Shown here piece after piece: positions 51,077 through 60,147 of a stretch of 64,000 nucleotides of DNA (positions within the stretch are counted from its first letter, which is position 1; each line of letters opens with the position of its first letter). A program made the position numbers and the translations under genes. The stretch covers positions 6,239 to 70,238 of IMG/VR virus record IMGVR_UViG_3300036782_000052; one strand, 5' to 3'. The notes beneath the pieces were generated by a model. The model ran no database searches. It saw nothing but the letters and a program-made list of their open reading frames with translations, and was not told the origin of the DNA. This DNA comes from a virus.

Positions 51077-51305
51077 CGGTTACTCCTTGCATCGGGACTT
51101 TTTTAAGTTGTATCGCAAGTGCAGCCACGCCAAGCCGAGAAACACTGCGGCGGAAATGACTGGCCAGGCGAACAACATCAGGGGCGACGCTGTTATCATC
51201 ATCGGTGCAGCACTCCGACAGCGTGCAAATACAGGAGCAACGTCATGATGACGGCTCCGGCGCCAACCAATGCTCCCCCGATAGCCCACTCCTTGAAAGC
51301 ATGCT

Positions 51306-52019
51306 TCATCGTATCCTCCCGTTGCCACCCGCGCGGCCGGTCACGCCCTGGCTGATCGCCACACCCTCGGCCGCCGTGCGACCGGCGTTGTAGGCTCCCT
51401 TGTGCATGATCGACCGACCGCGTTTGTCGCCACCAAGCGTGATGCCCAGCGTCGCGAAGGCCTCATCGATCAGCGGCTTCTTCGCCAGCACCAGGTCGAA
51501 GCCTCGTGCCTTCTGGCTGAAGTCACGCTTCGACTTCAGGCCGCCCAGCCGCTCGCCCAGGCGCGCTGCCATGCCGTTGGCGAAGCTCGCTGTCATCTGG
51601 GATCGTCCGGCATGATCCAGCGTCGCCATTTCAGCGTTGAAAAACGAATACTGGCCTAGTTCGCGGTCGATTGCCCGCTGGAACAAGAGCGTCAGATATT
51701 CTGCGATCTCGGTGTCGATCTCGAGTCCCAGGAACGACAGAAACGCGCCATCGGTCCAGAGCTTGCAGTCGGTGAACTCGGCGATCGCCCTGGCTGACCA
51801 GCGAACTGGATGCGATTCCAGTTTGACGTCCAACCGCACGACCTCCTGGTCCTGCACCGTGGCTTCGGTCAGATCGATCTCGTAAAGCCCGAGCAGCCGA
51901 TCGACATGTGCCGCCGCGGCCTCGGCCTCGGCCTCGGTACAGCCATTGGCCGTGGTCTTTGCCATCAACGCGCGGATGCGCGCGATCAGCGCGGCCCGGG
52001 CCTTGTCTTCGTTCGACAT
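51306..52019 (-). CDS. DUF2786 domain protein
   Basis: RIRALMAKT..NGCTEAEA.AA....LL..Y. Confidence 0.8.
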   Translation of the reverse strand: MSNEDKARAALIARIRALMAKTTANGCTEAEAEAAAAHVDRLLGLYEIDLTEATVQDQEVVRLDVKLESHPVRWSARAIAEFTDCKLWTDGAFLSFLGLEIDTEIAEYLTLLFQRAIDRELGQYSFFNAEMATLDHAGRSQMTASFANGMAARLGERLGGLKSKRDFSQKARGFDLVLAKKPLIDEAFATLGITLGGDKRGRSIMHKGAYNAGRTAAEGVAISQGVTGRAGGNGRIR

Positions 52020-52070
52020 TGGATTGTTCTCCATGTAAATGGGGCGGCTTAATCGCCGCCCCATCATTCT

Positions 52071-53249
52071 TCACGCACGCTTCCTGATCTTGATCGGTGT
52101 GCGCCGGACCTCTGGCTTCACCGCCGGCTCGTCTGTCGGTGCATCATCATCGGGTGTCGGCTCCGGTGTCGGCTCTGGCTCTGGCTCGGGCTGCGGTTCC
52201 GGTGGCGTCTCAGGCTTGGGCGCGGCCGCCGCGGCCTTCCTCTCTTCGGCAATGACGAACTGGGCCTGGGTCTGGGCCACGATCTTCGCCACCCGTTCCT
52301 CGAACCCGCGTGCCTTGGCCTCATAATCGGCCTTGATGCGCGGGTTGGTGGCTTCTTCGGCCCATGCGTGGTTGCGCGTGGCATGCGCCCGCAACGCCGC
52401 CAGCGTCAGCTTCACCGCCGGCGCCATGATCGCCGCCGTCTCCCGCGAGACCGCGTTGGTCGCCAGTTGCATCGGTGCCACCACGAGCACCGCGCCCGGC
52501 CAGCCATCAAACCCGAACACCAGCGGTGCGTCCGTCGAACCGCTGTTGTAGGCGCGGATGATCATGCCGCCCTCAAGGACGTTCCCCTTGTCATCGGAGT
52601 ATTTGGGTCGCTTCTTCTTGTCGATGCCGGCCTCGAGGATCTTGGCGATATCGCCGCAATGCTTGAGGTGTCGCGAGTTGATGCCGACCGGCTCCCACTC
52701 TCGACCCTTCACCTCACCATCCTCATCGAGCGGCGCGAAGCTGTTCAGCTTGAACGCCCCGTCCATGTCCGGATAGGTGTATGGCATCACCTCGATCTTG
52801 AAGATTGCATCGTCCGCCTCATCGGATAAGAGAGCGAACCCGCTGCCCTTCGTGTGCGTCAGCTTCACCATCGGTGTGTCGCTCATCGAGGCGATCATCT
52901 GCACCCGCTTGCGCAAGCCGTCGCCGTCGATCGTGATGCCTTCCCGGAGGAACGCTGGGATCGGAGCCGGCACCTCGAATGAGGCGATGAAGGCCTTGTT
53001 TCGGCCGTCCATCGCCGCGACCCGCCCAACCTTCTCACGCCGCGAGAGGTGGACGCCGCCAATGTAGGGCCGTGTCTGTTCCGCCGTGCCGGTGGTCGCC
53101 TCGGCCGCCAGCAGCAAAGCGGAATGGATCCGGATTATCTCGACCGGCGGGGTGATCTTCTCGCTCGCACCGCCGACCTTCTCGGCCTTGGCCTCCTCGG
53201 CCTTCGGCTTACCGTCGCGGATGACGGCAATCGCTTTACCCGTAGACAT
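52071..53249 (-). CDS. beta-sliding-clamp-like protein
   Basis: TRPYIGGV.L...AAMDG, YPD, IN..HL, VVAPM resemble DnaN segments. Confidence 0.55.
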   Translation of the reverse strand: MSTGKAIAVIRDGKPKAEEAKAEKVGGASEKITPPVEIIRIHSALLLAAEATTGTAEQTRPYIGGVHLSRREKVGRVAAMDGRNKAFIASFEVPAPIPAFLREGITIDGDGLRKRVQMIASMSDTPMVKLTHTKGSGFALLSDEADDAIFKIEVMPYTYPDMDGAFKLNSFAPLDEDGEVKGREWEPVGINSRHLKHCGDIAKILEAGIDKKKRPKYSDDKGNVLEGGMIIRAYNSGSTDAPLVFGFDGWPGAVLVVAPMQLATNAVSRETAAIMAPAVKLTLAALRAHATRNHAWAEEATNPRIKADYEAKARGFEERVAKIVAQTQAQFVIAEERKAAAAAPKPETPPEPQPEPEPEPTPEPTPDDDAPTDEPAVKPEVRRTPIKIRKRA

Positions 53250-53355
53250 ACCTCGTTCTCCGTTTCCCACCGGCTTAATCGCCGGATGGTTCTGCGACCT
53301 GGCGCATAGGGAGAGAGCGTGAAAAGCATGCTTCTTTTCACGCTCTCCCCATGCG

Positions 53356-53679
53356 TCAGCGATCCGCGTTCAGGCGGATCTCGATCAGCGGCGATCCCCG
53401 GAGGGATTTCGATGCCATGAGGACCCGCTCGACGATCTCGGCCATTCGCTGCTGCTGGTCATTCATCAGCTTCAGCACGGTGGCGAAGGCCTCGCTGTGC
53501 TCGTCTATTCGCGTTCTCGGGCGGGTTGCATATTGCAGGAGCGCATCGTGCAGCCGCGCAAGCTCGGCCGGGGTCTCATCGCGAATGCGCGACAGCACCG
53601 CTTCCGCGACAATGCGAAGGCCGGTTGAGGATAGCGCCGCCAGGGCAGCGGTTACCTCGTCTAGTTCGGTGGAGCTCAT
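53356..53679 (-). CDS. hypothetical protein
   Basis: GAGGG RBS, ATGA overlap with the ligase. Confidence 0.5.
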   Translation of the reverse strand: MSSTELDEVTAALAALSSTGLRIVAEAVLSRIRDETPAELARLHDALLQYATRPRTRIDEHSEAFATVLKLMNDQQQRMAEIVERVLMASKSLRGSPLIEIRLNADR

Positions 53680-54581
53680 GTTCCCTCGCTTCTGAAGCCG
53701 GCGAACACCGGATGGCGTGGCGCGTCCTTCGTGCCGATGTCGAGGAAGCGGTAGCGTACCGTCAGGCCGGCGATCTGCCCACGCCGCTGCCACAGCGCCG
53801 CGCGAAGCGTATCGTCCATCCCCGAGCCAATGCCGAACTCGATCCCCTCGAACGGCTGGCCTGGCGCCCCTCTCACGATAAGTGCCCCGGTCGTGCCCTT
53901 GCCGACGAGCCCGGCCTTCGCACTCGACCGCTTGGTTCGTCCAAGCTCGTTCTTCGTAGCCGCGTTCGTGTTATGCATCTGCTCATCGAGTCGGACGACG
54001 ACCGCCTCGGCATCGGTGGTTCGCTTCACCTTCAGCAGCAGGTTTTCGTTCACGGTGGCGCGGCCCTGCTTGTAGCGACCCTCCGGGTGGCGCAGCATCA
54101 CGCCCTCGAAGCCCATGCCCAACGCCGCTTCCTCGTAGCGCAGCAGCTCGGCCATGTTCTCGACAAGCATGCTTTCGAGCCACATCACGTTGGGCACGTC
54201 CTTGGCGGCCTCGATGACCATCTGGGCCGCCTTCGCCCGCCGGCGGAACGGGATGGCGCCCGTGGCGTCCATCATGTCGAAGACCAGGAACGTAAACGCC
54301 GGCTTGCCATCGAACCGCATCAGGCCGCTCGCGGTCTGGTTGTAGACATCCTTCGCGTTCGGATCGCCGACGATCAGCTCACCATCGAGGTGGCTGAGTG
54401 CCGCGGCATGCGTGCGGAAGAACTGGTCGACATGGCGGTTGGGGAATGGCTTCAGCGACCGTGTCTTCGCGCCTTCCTCGAAGGCCAGGCAGCGGATACC
54501 ATCGAGTTTGGGCGTCGCGAAATACGGGAACTTCAGCAACGGTTCGCGAAAGTCCGTTGCCAGCATCGGTTTGAATGTCAT
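53676..54581 (-). CDS. ATP-dependent DNA ligase
   Basis: KLDGIR, LDGEL, FLVFD, FEGVML, LLKVK, GSG, PRHPVF. Confidence 0.93.
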   Translation of the reverse strand: MTFKPMLATDFREPLLKFPYFATPKLDGIRCLAFEEGAKTRSLKPFPNRHVDQFFRTHAAALSHLDGELIVGDPNAKDVYNQTASGLMRFDGKPAFTFLVFDMMDATGAIPFRRRAKAAQMVIEAAKDVPNVMWLESMLVENMAELLRYEEAALGMGFEGVMLRHPEGRYKQGRATVNENLLLKVKRTTDAEAVVVRLDEQMHNTNAATKNELGRTKRSSAKAGLVGKGTTGALIVRGAPGQPFEGIEFGIGSGMDDTLRAALWQRRGQIAGLTVRYRFLDIGTKDAPRHPVFAGFRSEGT

Positions 54582-54646
54582 GGTTCTCTCGTTTCAGTCG
54601 GCTTAATCGCCGGCATGGTTGGTGGGCGGCACGATGCCGCCCTCGC

Positions 54647-54931
54647 TCAGTCTACGCGGTAGTCTTGGGCCAGCGCCTCGAAGGTCGGATATTCCTGGTG
54701 CTCGATCCCTTCCAGGAGTTCGCCCCAGGTCTGCCCGCTCGCCTTCGGCAGCATCAGCAGGTTGGCGAAGTAAATGACCGGGCGGCCGTCCGCGAACAGC
54801 AGTGCGCACCCTTTCCGGTCGCCCCAGCCAAGCTGGCGATGGACCAGCGGCAGCAGTGGCCAGCGCGGCCATTCGCTCGGGGTCTGCATGAATGCGAGAT
54901 CCCGGGCGATCCTTTCGGCTGTCGCGCTCAT
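54647..54931 (-). CDS. hypothetical protein
   Basis: P..WP.WP.LPL motif. Confidence 0.55.
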   Translation of the reverse strand: MSATAERIARDLAFMQTPSEWPRWPLLPLVHRQLGWGDRKGCALLFADGRPVIYFANLLMLPKASGQTWGELLEGIEHQEYPTFEALAQDYRVD

Positions 54932-55125
54932 CGCTTTGCCATGACGTTGATGGCGAAGGTCAGCGCGGAAGCATGCTTTGTCGGGACAGAGACCGTGCCG
55001 CCGGTCGTGCCGACTAGATAGGTCTTGCCCGAGGACGAGGGAGGCGCGGCCTGGATGGCCTGCGCGCCGATGTCGATGGTGATGACGAGCTTGTCGCCCC
55101 TCACCTCATGAGTAACGTTGTGCAT
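54928..55125 (-). CDS. small hypothetical protein
   Basis: LVITID......PSSSGKT.LV.TT.G pattern. Confidence 0.65.
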   Translation of the reverse strand: MHNVTHEVRGDKLVITIDIGAQAIQAAPPSSSGKTYLVGTTGGTVSVPTKHASALTFAINVMAKR

Positions 55126-55249
55126 CGTGGTCTTTCGTGTGCCACCCGGCTTAATCGCCGGTGTGTTCTGGGTCTGGCCCATAGGTCGGCAGACGTGAGC
55201 GAAGCATGCTTACGTCTGCCTCCCATGCGTCAGTGGCTGCGACGACCCT

Positions 55250-55501
55250 TCAATCGCGAATTACGCGAATCAGGTAGCAAGGCTCCTGATAATCCCATCC
55301 TCCGCCGATCGGACGGTTGCGGCATACCCTCATCAGGCCCCTCGTCATCTCTGGTGGCAGCGCGCACGGTCCTAGCGGAATGCCGTTGCAGTGGTAGTTC
55401 ACCACTCGCTCAGCGGTTGACGGCGCGGCGATTGAAGCCGTCATTGGGGCCGCCGTCAGCGCAGCGAGTGCCACGCCAGCCAGCATCAGATGCTTCCTCA
55501 T
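55250..55501 (-). CDS. small exported-like protein
   Basis: signal-peptide-like N-terminus, 4 Cys. Confidence 0.45.
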   Translation of the reverse strand: MRKHLMLAGVALAALTAAPMTASIAAPSTAERVVNYHCNGIPLGPCALPPEMTRGLMRVCRNRPIGGGWDYQEPCYLIRVIRD

Positions 55502-55839
55502 CGCACGATCTCCCGCGCGAGATCTTCCGCGCCTATCAGGTAGTCTTCGAGATTGACCGTGTAATCGCTGATGACGTTCTCGCCACGGTCATTGCCATAG
55601 ACGAACTTGACCCACCCGCAGGTGTCGGCTGCGCCGTCGCGGTGAAAATGCAGGGCGTCATCGTCCGTGGCATGAAGGCACGCCATGACAGCGGCCTCAT
55701 CCTTCGAGTTGGTAATTGCAAAGTCCTCGCCGCCATCGTCCACCGACAGGCCGAAACCCGCCGCGATGGCGTCCTTGACGACTTGCTGCATGATCCGGCG
55801 CTCGACTTCGATCCGCTGGATTACGTCTCTGTCCGTCAT
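55498..55839 (-). CDS. hypothetical phage protein
   Basis: V.DG.E...GWV.FVYGN...VISDY. Confidence 0.6.
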   Translation of the reverse strand: MTDRDVIQRIEVERRIMQQVVKDAIAAGFGLSVDDGGEDFAITNSKDEAAVMACLHATDDDALHFHRDGAADTCGWVKFVYGNDRGENVISDYTVNLEDYLIGAEDLAREIVR

Positions 55840-56438
55840 CACACGATCCCCCCATTCCACGGCAGCCCAAACTTGCGGGCACAGATCCGCCCATATCCCA
55901 CGGCCAAAGAACGAATGTCGCTCAGCGGCAGATCGCAGAACGAACAATGTCCGGTCAGCTTACCATAGGCCGCGACCGCTTCGGTCGGGTTGGCATCGAG
56001 GGCATTCAGGCAGGCCACGATCGCCGTCTGCGTCTCCTGGTCAGGCGATAGCGATGGCTGAAACTTCCCGTCGAAACCGATGCGACCGTAGAATATCCGT
56101 TCATCATAGGATCGATCGGCCGAGGTCACGTTGATCATGCCCGGCGTCCGCGACTTCGGTCCCGCGATGGAGAGCCGAATGTCGAGGTCAGCCGCCCGCA
56201 GCGTCAGGTGCGGCCTCGCCACGAGCACCGCGGCATGCTCCATGAATGCCACGATCCCCTTCAGCATGATGGCCTTCGAGCGCGGCTCCGTGGCGCGGCC
56301 GGCGAGCCGTCCCACCCAGTCGAGCTGCTTGGGCGATAAGCCGCGCCGTTCGGCCTGGTCGAGAAGAGATTGCGCGAAAGCCCTGTCGCTCTCGCTTAGT
56401 TCTGCGAGATGACTTCGCAGTAGTGTCACGCTATCCAT
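55839..56438 (-). CDS. DUF6011-like protein
   Basis: C-terminal G.C..C..PL.D..S...GYG.ICA. Confidence 0.7.
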   Translation of the reverse strand: MDSVTLLRSHLAELSESDRAFAQSLLDQAERRGLSPKQLDWVGRLAGRATEPRSKAIMLKGIVAFMEHAAVLVARPHLTLRAADLDIRLSIAGPKSRTPGMINVTSADRSYDERIFYGRIGFDGKFQPSLSPDQETQTAIVACLNALDANPTEAVAAYGKLTGHCSFCDLPLSDIRSLAVGYGRICARKFGLPWNGGIV

Positions 56439-56776
56439 AACTGGTCTCCGGTGGACGACCGGCTTAATCGCCGATCGCATGTGCCCTGGCACACGGATCG
56501 AGGGGCGAACTTGTCGCCCCTCGTTCAGTAAGTCAGGTCAACCCTCTCGTTGCTTCTCTTGGCCCATACTCGCATCGGGGGCACGAACAGCAGCGCAAAG
56601 CATGCTTATCGCGGTCTCCTTCGAGCGATGTTCGTCCTCTCGCGTCATCCGTCGAGTATCTCAATAGGAGCTAGGCATGAGCTTTCCCAACGCACACGGG
56701 CATCTCGCCCTCGCGAGGCTAGAGTATCGGCCTCATCCGGTTTTCTCTACGTCCGGCAACGGGGTGGCAGATTCAC

Positions 56777-56849
56777 AATGTCAGCGAACAATCAGGCGTA
56801 GTCAATAAGCATGCTTTTTCTTGGCGACCATAGTCACGAAAGCATGCTT
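56777..56849 (-). promoter_or_regulatory. sigma70-like promoter with two upstream AAGCATGCTT palindromes
   Basis: TTGACT-17-GACATT on the - strand; palindromes at 56807 and 56840. Confidence 0.5.
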
Positions 56850-56890
56850 TTCTTTACGGGATGGGCGATTGCTCCCGCAGCTTGCCCCAG

Positions 56891-57094
56891 CTAATGCACG
56901 AACAGCTTGATAAGGATCGCCACAACCCCCGCGAGGGTGGCTGCTTGCGACCACTTCAGCACACGAAGATCGGACTTGATCTCTGCGAACTCATGTTCAT
57001 AGCCGGCCAGTTCTTCGGCCGCTTTGTCGGCCTTCTCTGGCTTTGCACCGGCATCGAGCAGAGCATCTCGAAGCGCGCCCAACTGTAGAGCCAT
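56891..57094 (-). CDS. small coiled-coil/TM protein (DUF1640-like)
   Basis: L.DAL..AGA...A.KAAEE.A...DL.VLKW plus TM. Confidence 0.6.
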   Translation of the reverse strand: MALQLGALRDALLDAGAKPEKADKAAEELAGYEHEFAEIKSDLRVLKWSQAATLAGVVAILIKLFVH

Positions 57095-57230
57095 TTATCG
57101 TGTTATCCTTCGACCGGAAGGCTTAATCGCCTACCGCATGTGGTCTATTCGAGCACATGAGAAGCCGACGAGAATAGGTCGGTTTCCAATGGGTTCGAGG
57201 ATCGATCGATCTTCGTTCGGCTCACGCCGT

Positions 57231-57393
57231 TGTGCTTCACTCACTGGTGTGTGTATCACTCACTTTTGTGTGCTTCACTCACTCTCTATTGAGTGCTTCA
57301 CTCACTGTTGTGTGCTTCACTCTCTCTCTATTGAGTGCTTCACTCTCTATTGTGTGTATCACTCCGTTATGTGTCATTTCACTCTCTATTGAG
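57231..57393. repeat. degenerate 19-23-bp tandem repeats (GTGCTTCACTC...TATTG)
   Basis: about eight units; 23-mer AGTGCTTCACTCTCTATTGTGTG shared with 59961. Confidence 0.8.
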
Positions 57394-57402
57394 CCATGAG
57401 TC

Positions 57403-57860
57403 CAGGGCCGGCAGGGCCGGCAGGGCCGGCAGGGCCGCTCCGAGGGGCAGGGGCAGGGCCGGCAGGGCCGCAGGGCCGCTCCGAGGGGCAGGGGCAGGGC
57501 CGCAGGGCCGCAGGGCCGGTCCGACGCGCAGGGGCAGGGCCGCAGGGCCGGCAGGGCCGGTCCGAGGGGCAGGGGCAGGGCCGCAGGGCCGCAGGGCCGG
57601 TCCGACGCGCAGGGGCAGGGCCGCAGGGCCGGCAGGGCCGCTCCGAGGGGCAGGGGCAGGGCCGGCAGGGCCGCAGGGCCGCTCCGAGGGGCAGGGGCAG
57701 GGCCGGCAGGGCCGCAGGGCCGCTCCGAGGGGCAGGGGCAGGGCCGCAGGGCCGCAGGGCCGGTCCGACGCGCAGGGGCAGGGCCGCAGGGCCGGCAGGG
57801 CCGGTCCGAGGGGCAGGGGCAGGGCCGCAGGGCCGCAGGGCCGGCAGGACCGATCCGACG
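57403..57860. repeat. G-rich 40-41-bp tandem repeat of GCAGGG(CC) blocks
   Basis: TCCGA anchors at 57439, 57480, 57520, 57561, 57601, 57642, 57683, 57724, 57764, 57805, 57854. Confidence 0.9.
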
Positions 57861-57894
57861 CAAAAGGGATATGGCTCATGGCCATAGAATCAGT

Positions 57895-57928
57895 TTGGGC
57901 TTGTCAGCTATAAAACTGACAAGCCCAA
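57895..57928. other. 13-bp perfect hairpin at the end of the island operon
   Basis: TTGGGCTTGTCAG-N8-CTGACAAGCCCAA. Confidence 0.65.
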
Positions 57929-57950
57929 TAAACCGATAGTTTGAGTTTAT

Positions 57951-58130
57951 CTAATCTCTGAGAATACCGGAGGAAATTTCTTGACCGAATATCTCATAGA
58001 AGCAGGATTGCAGGGCCAACATTTTCTCTCCCCCATGTTCTACCTCAAAACCGAACCGTTTAGCTAGGTCTTGTGCTGCATTAACAGTAACCTCAATGAC
58101 TGCCATATTCTTCACTTCATCATATGCCAT
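57951..58130 (-). CDS. small hypothetical protein
   Basis: AGGA RBS, follows 58135..58740. Confidence 0.5.
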   Translation of the reverse strand: MAYDEVKNMAVIEVTVNAAQDLAKRFGFEVEHGGEKMLALQSCFYEIFGQEISSGILRD

Positions 58131-58134
58131 GGTC

Positions 58135-58740
58135 TTATTTCCTGCCTTGTTTGTTATCAACCGGCTTCACTGCCGCCGATTTATAGCTATCCAATATCTG
58201 AGTGCAGATATTCTCAACCAAGGAATAAACCGGACCGCGCTTAGTCCGGTTGCCGTCAAACTCAATCCAGTTAACCCGCCGATTCCAGGTTACAGCCTGC
58301 ACTGCCATGGCAAAACTTGAGTCCTCCGAATCTGCCGCTGACTTGCTGATGACCATGTTCAAGTCGCGCATGGTCTTAGTTACCGCTTCAAAATCCGCAA
58401 CCGTTCCGTTTTCAATGGTGCCGATAACCTCCCCATATCCCGTGAAGCTAGTTGGCTTATCTGCCGAGTCCGTCACTGCCATGAGACAGATATCCCGCAT
58501 AGCTGAATCCGACGTGGGGATATCCGACAGATTGCCGCTACTGGACTCAAAACCGAATGTGCAAACAATCCGGCTGATTCCGCCAGTCTGTCCGACTTTG
58601 ATGGACATAATGAGGTCCACATCTTTAGGTCTCTCCGTAGGGACTGCCGCCCCCCGGCTAGCTTGACCGGCCGCAGACTTGGGTACCCATCCATTAGCAA
58701 TCCGGGTATCCCATGCCTTTTTAGCTGATTCAGTAGTCAT
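58135..58740 (-). CDS. hypothetical early protein
   Basis: GGAGG RBS and leader hairpin. Confidence 0.65.
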   Translation of the reverse strand: MTTESAKKAWDTRIANGWVPKSAAGQASRGAAVPTERPKDVDLIMSIKVGQTGGISRIVCTFGFESSSGNLSDIPTSDSAMRDICLMAVTDSADKPTSFTGYGEVIGTIENGTVADFEAVTKTMRDLNMVISKSAADSEDSSFAMAVQAVTWNRRVNWIEFDGNRTKRGPVYSLVENICTQILDSYKSAAVKPVDNKQGRK

Positions 58741-58866
58741 ATGATTAAACCTCCAAACAACATACCGGCTTAACTACCGATAAGATGTCTATCCTATGAT
58801 AGACACAAGCATGGGGCAAGTATCCCGATTAAGAGATACCGCCCCATGCTTGTGTTTATCTCACAG

Positions 58867-59493
58867 TCAACCGATGGAGAGCAATTTTGCCATATCCCCA
58901 AGGAGTCGCCGCATAAGGCTAACCTTATCCTCCGTGACCGGGGCAACCGAGACCGGGGCAACCGAGACCGGGGCAGGGGCAGGGGCAACCGTCCACTCCC
59001 CAGTCTTGTTCAGGAAGTCAGATAGCCGCTGCTCTGGTGTGGCAGTCTTCCGATAAGTCGCCATGCCCATAGCAGCCGCCTTGGCCCTCTTGGTCTCTGC
59101 CGCCTTGGCGCCTGCCGCCAAGAGCGCAGCATGCCGTTCCGGACTCCTGCCGGCAGGACAAGGCACTGATTGCCCGCTGCTGACAGGGGCAACCGAGACA
59201 GGGGCAGGGGCAGGGGCAACCGAGACAGTAGCAGCCGGACCATGCTTAGCAGTCAATTCCGCAATCCGGTCAGCAACCGTCTTGCCGCCATGGCGCTTAG
59301 TCCATACTGCCTTTTGTCCGCCAGTCATGCCGGATAGTTCCGACAATTCCTGTATTTCCATAAGAGTGTTAGCCTCTTTATTGGCTTGCCGTGTAGCAGC
59401 CGCCTTATTGGCTCTATCAATATGAGAAGCCTTCTTGGCAACATCATGGATAGTAACAGACTTGCCGATAACCTTATTTGACTTCTTAGACAT
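58867..59493 (-). CDS. basic, Ala/Pro-rich hypothetical early protein
   Basis: GGAG RBS and leader hairpin; KAxxT[RK] and APVSV repeats. Confidence 0.65.
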   Translation of the reverse strand: MSKKSNKVIGKSVTIHDVAKKASHIDRANKAAATRQANKEANTLMEIQELSELSGMTGGQKAVWTKRHGGKTVADRIAELTAKHGPAATVSVAPAPAPVSVAPVSSGQSVPCPAGRSPERHAALLAAGAKAAETKRAKAAAMGMATYRKTATPEQRLSDFLNKTGEWTVAPAPAPVSVAPVSVAPVTEDKVSLMRRLLGDMAKLLSIG

Positions 59494-59556
59494 AGTATAG
59501 ACTCCAAAATACCGGCTTAACTACCGATAGGTTAGGCCGTGGTTGGCCCGCAAAAA

Positions 59557-59600
59557 TATATAGTCGATCTATATCCGATAGTCCATAAAAATTTTTCCGA
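59557..59600 (-). promoter_or_regulatory. putative early promoter
   Basis: TGGACT-17-TATATA with AT-rich UP-like tract GAAAAATTTTTA on the - strand. Confidence 0.5.
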
Positions 59601-59929
59601 CTATTGTATGCAGCTTGGTTGTTACTGCATGCCTATTTGCATACTTCTATCATCATGGCTCTAGAAGGCTCTGGGAAGGCCGTACAGGGCCATAGCCTGC
59701 CGCCCTAGCCCAGATATCAACCGATGTCGCGCAAGCACCTGTAGCCTCATTCGCTTTTTTGAGACAATGAGATCCGACTATAGCATGCAGCACTCCGCCG
59801 CTTTTTGCATGAATACCGCTGCATGCCGTTTCCGCCGATGGTCGCAACCGCTATACAGACATCATGTGTATACAGACAATCCGTGTATACAGGCAATCCG
59901 TGTAGGCATGATGTAGATACATAGTCGTC

Positions 59930-60146
59930 ACTCTTTATTGAGTGATATCAATCACTTATGAGTGCTTCACTCTCTATTGTGTGAGATGGCTCTTTTGTGA
60001 GTTATGTCAATCACTTGTGAGTGTTATCCCTCTTTTGTGAGTTATATCAATCACTTGTGAGGGAGATGCCTCTTTTGTGTGTGATATCAATCACTTGTGA
60101 GGGATCTCCCTCTTTTGTGTGTGATATCAATCATTTGTGTGTGATC
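59930..60146. repeat. AT-rich 20-bp tandem repeats with 40-bp higher-order period
   Basis: alternating TCTTTTGTG.GT.AT.TCAA and TCACTTGTGAG units. Confidence 0.85.
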
Positions 60147-60147
60147 T

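Noticed and set aside
53270-53360. Hammerhead ribozyme suggested by CTGACG
   Set aside because: The CUGANGA...GAAA core is not present in the correct arrangement
57279-57913. Collagen-like or Cys/Pro-rich ORFs
   Set aside because: Translations of a 40-41-bp repeat whose period is not a multiple of 3
59930-60146. Mini-CRISPR
   Set aside because: Units are tandem with no unique spacers
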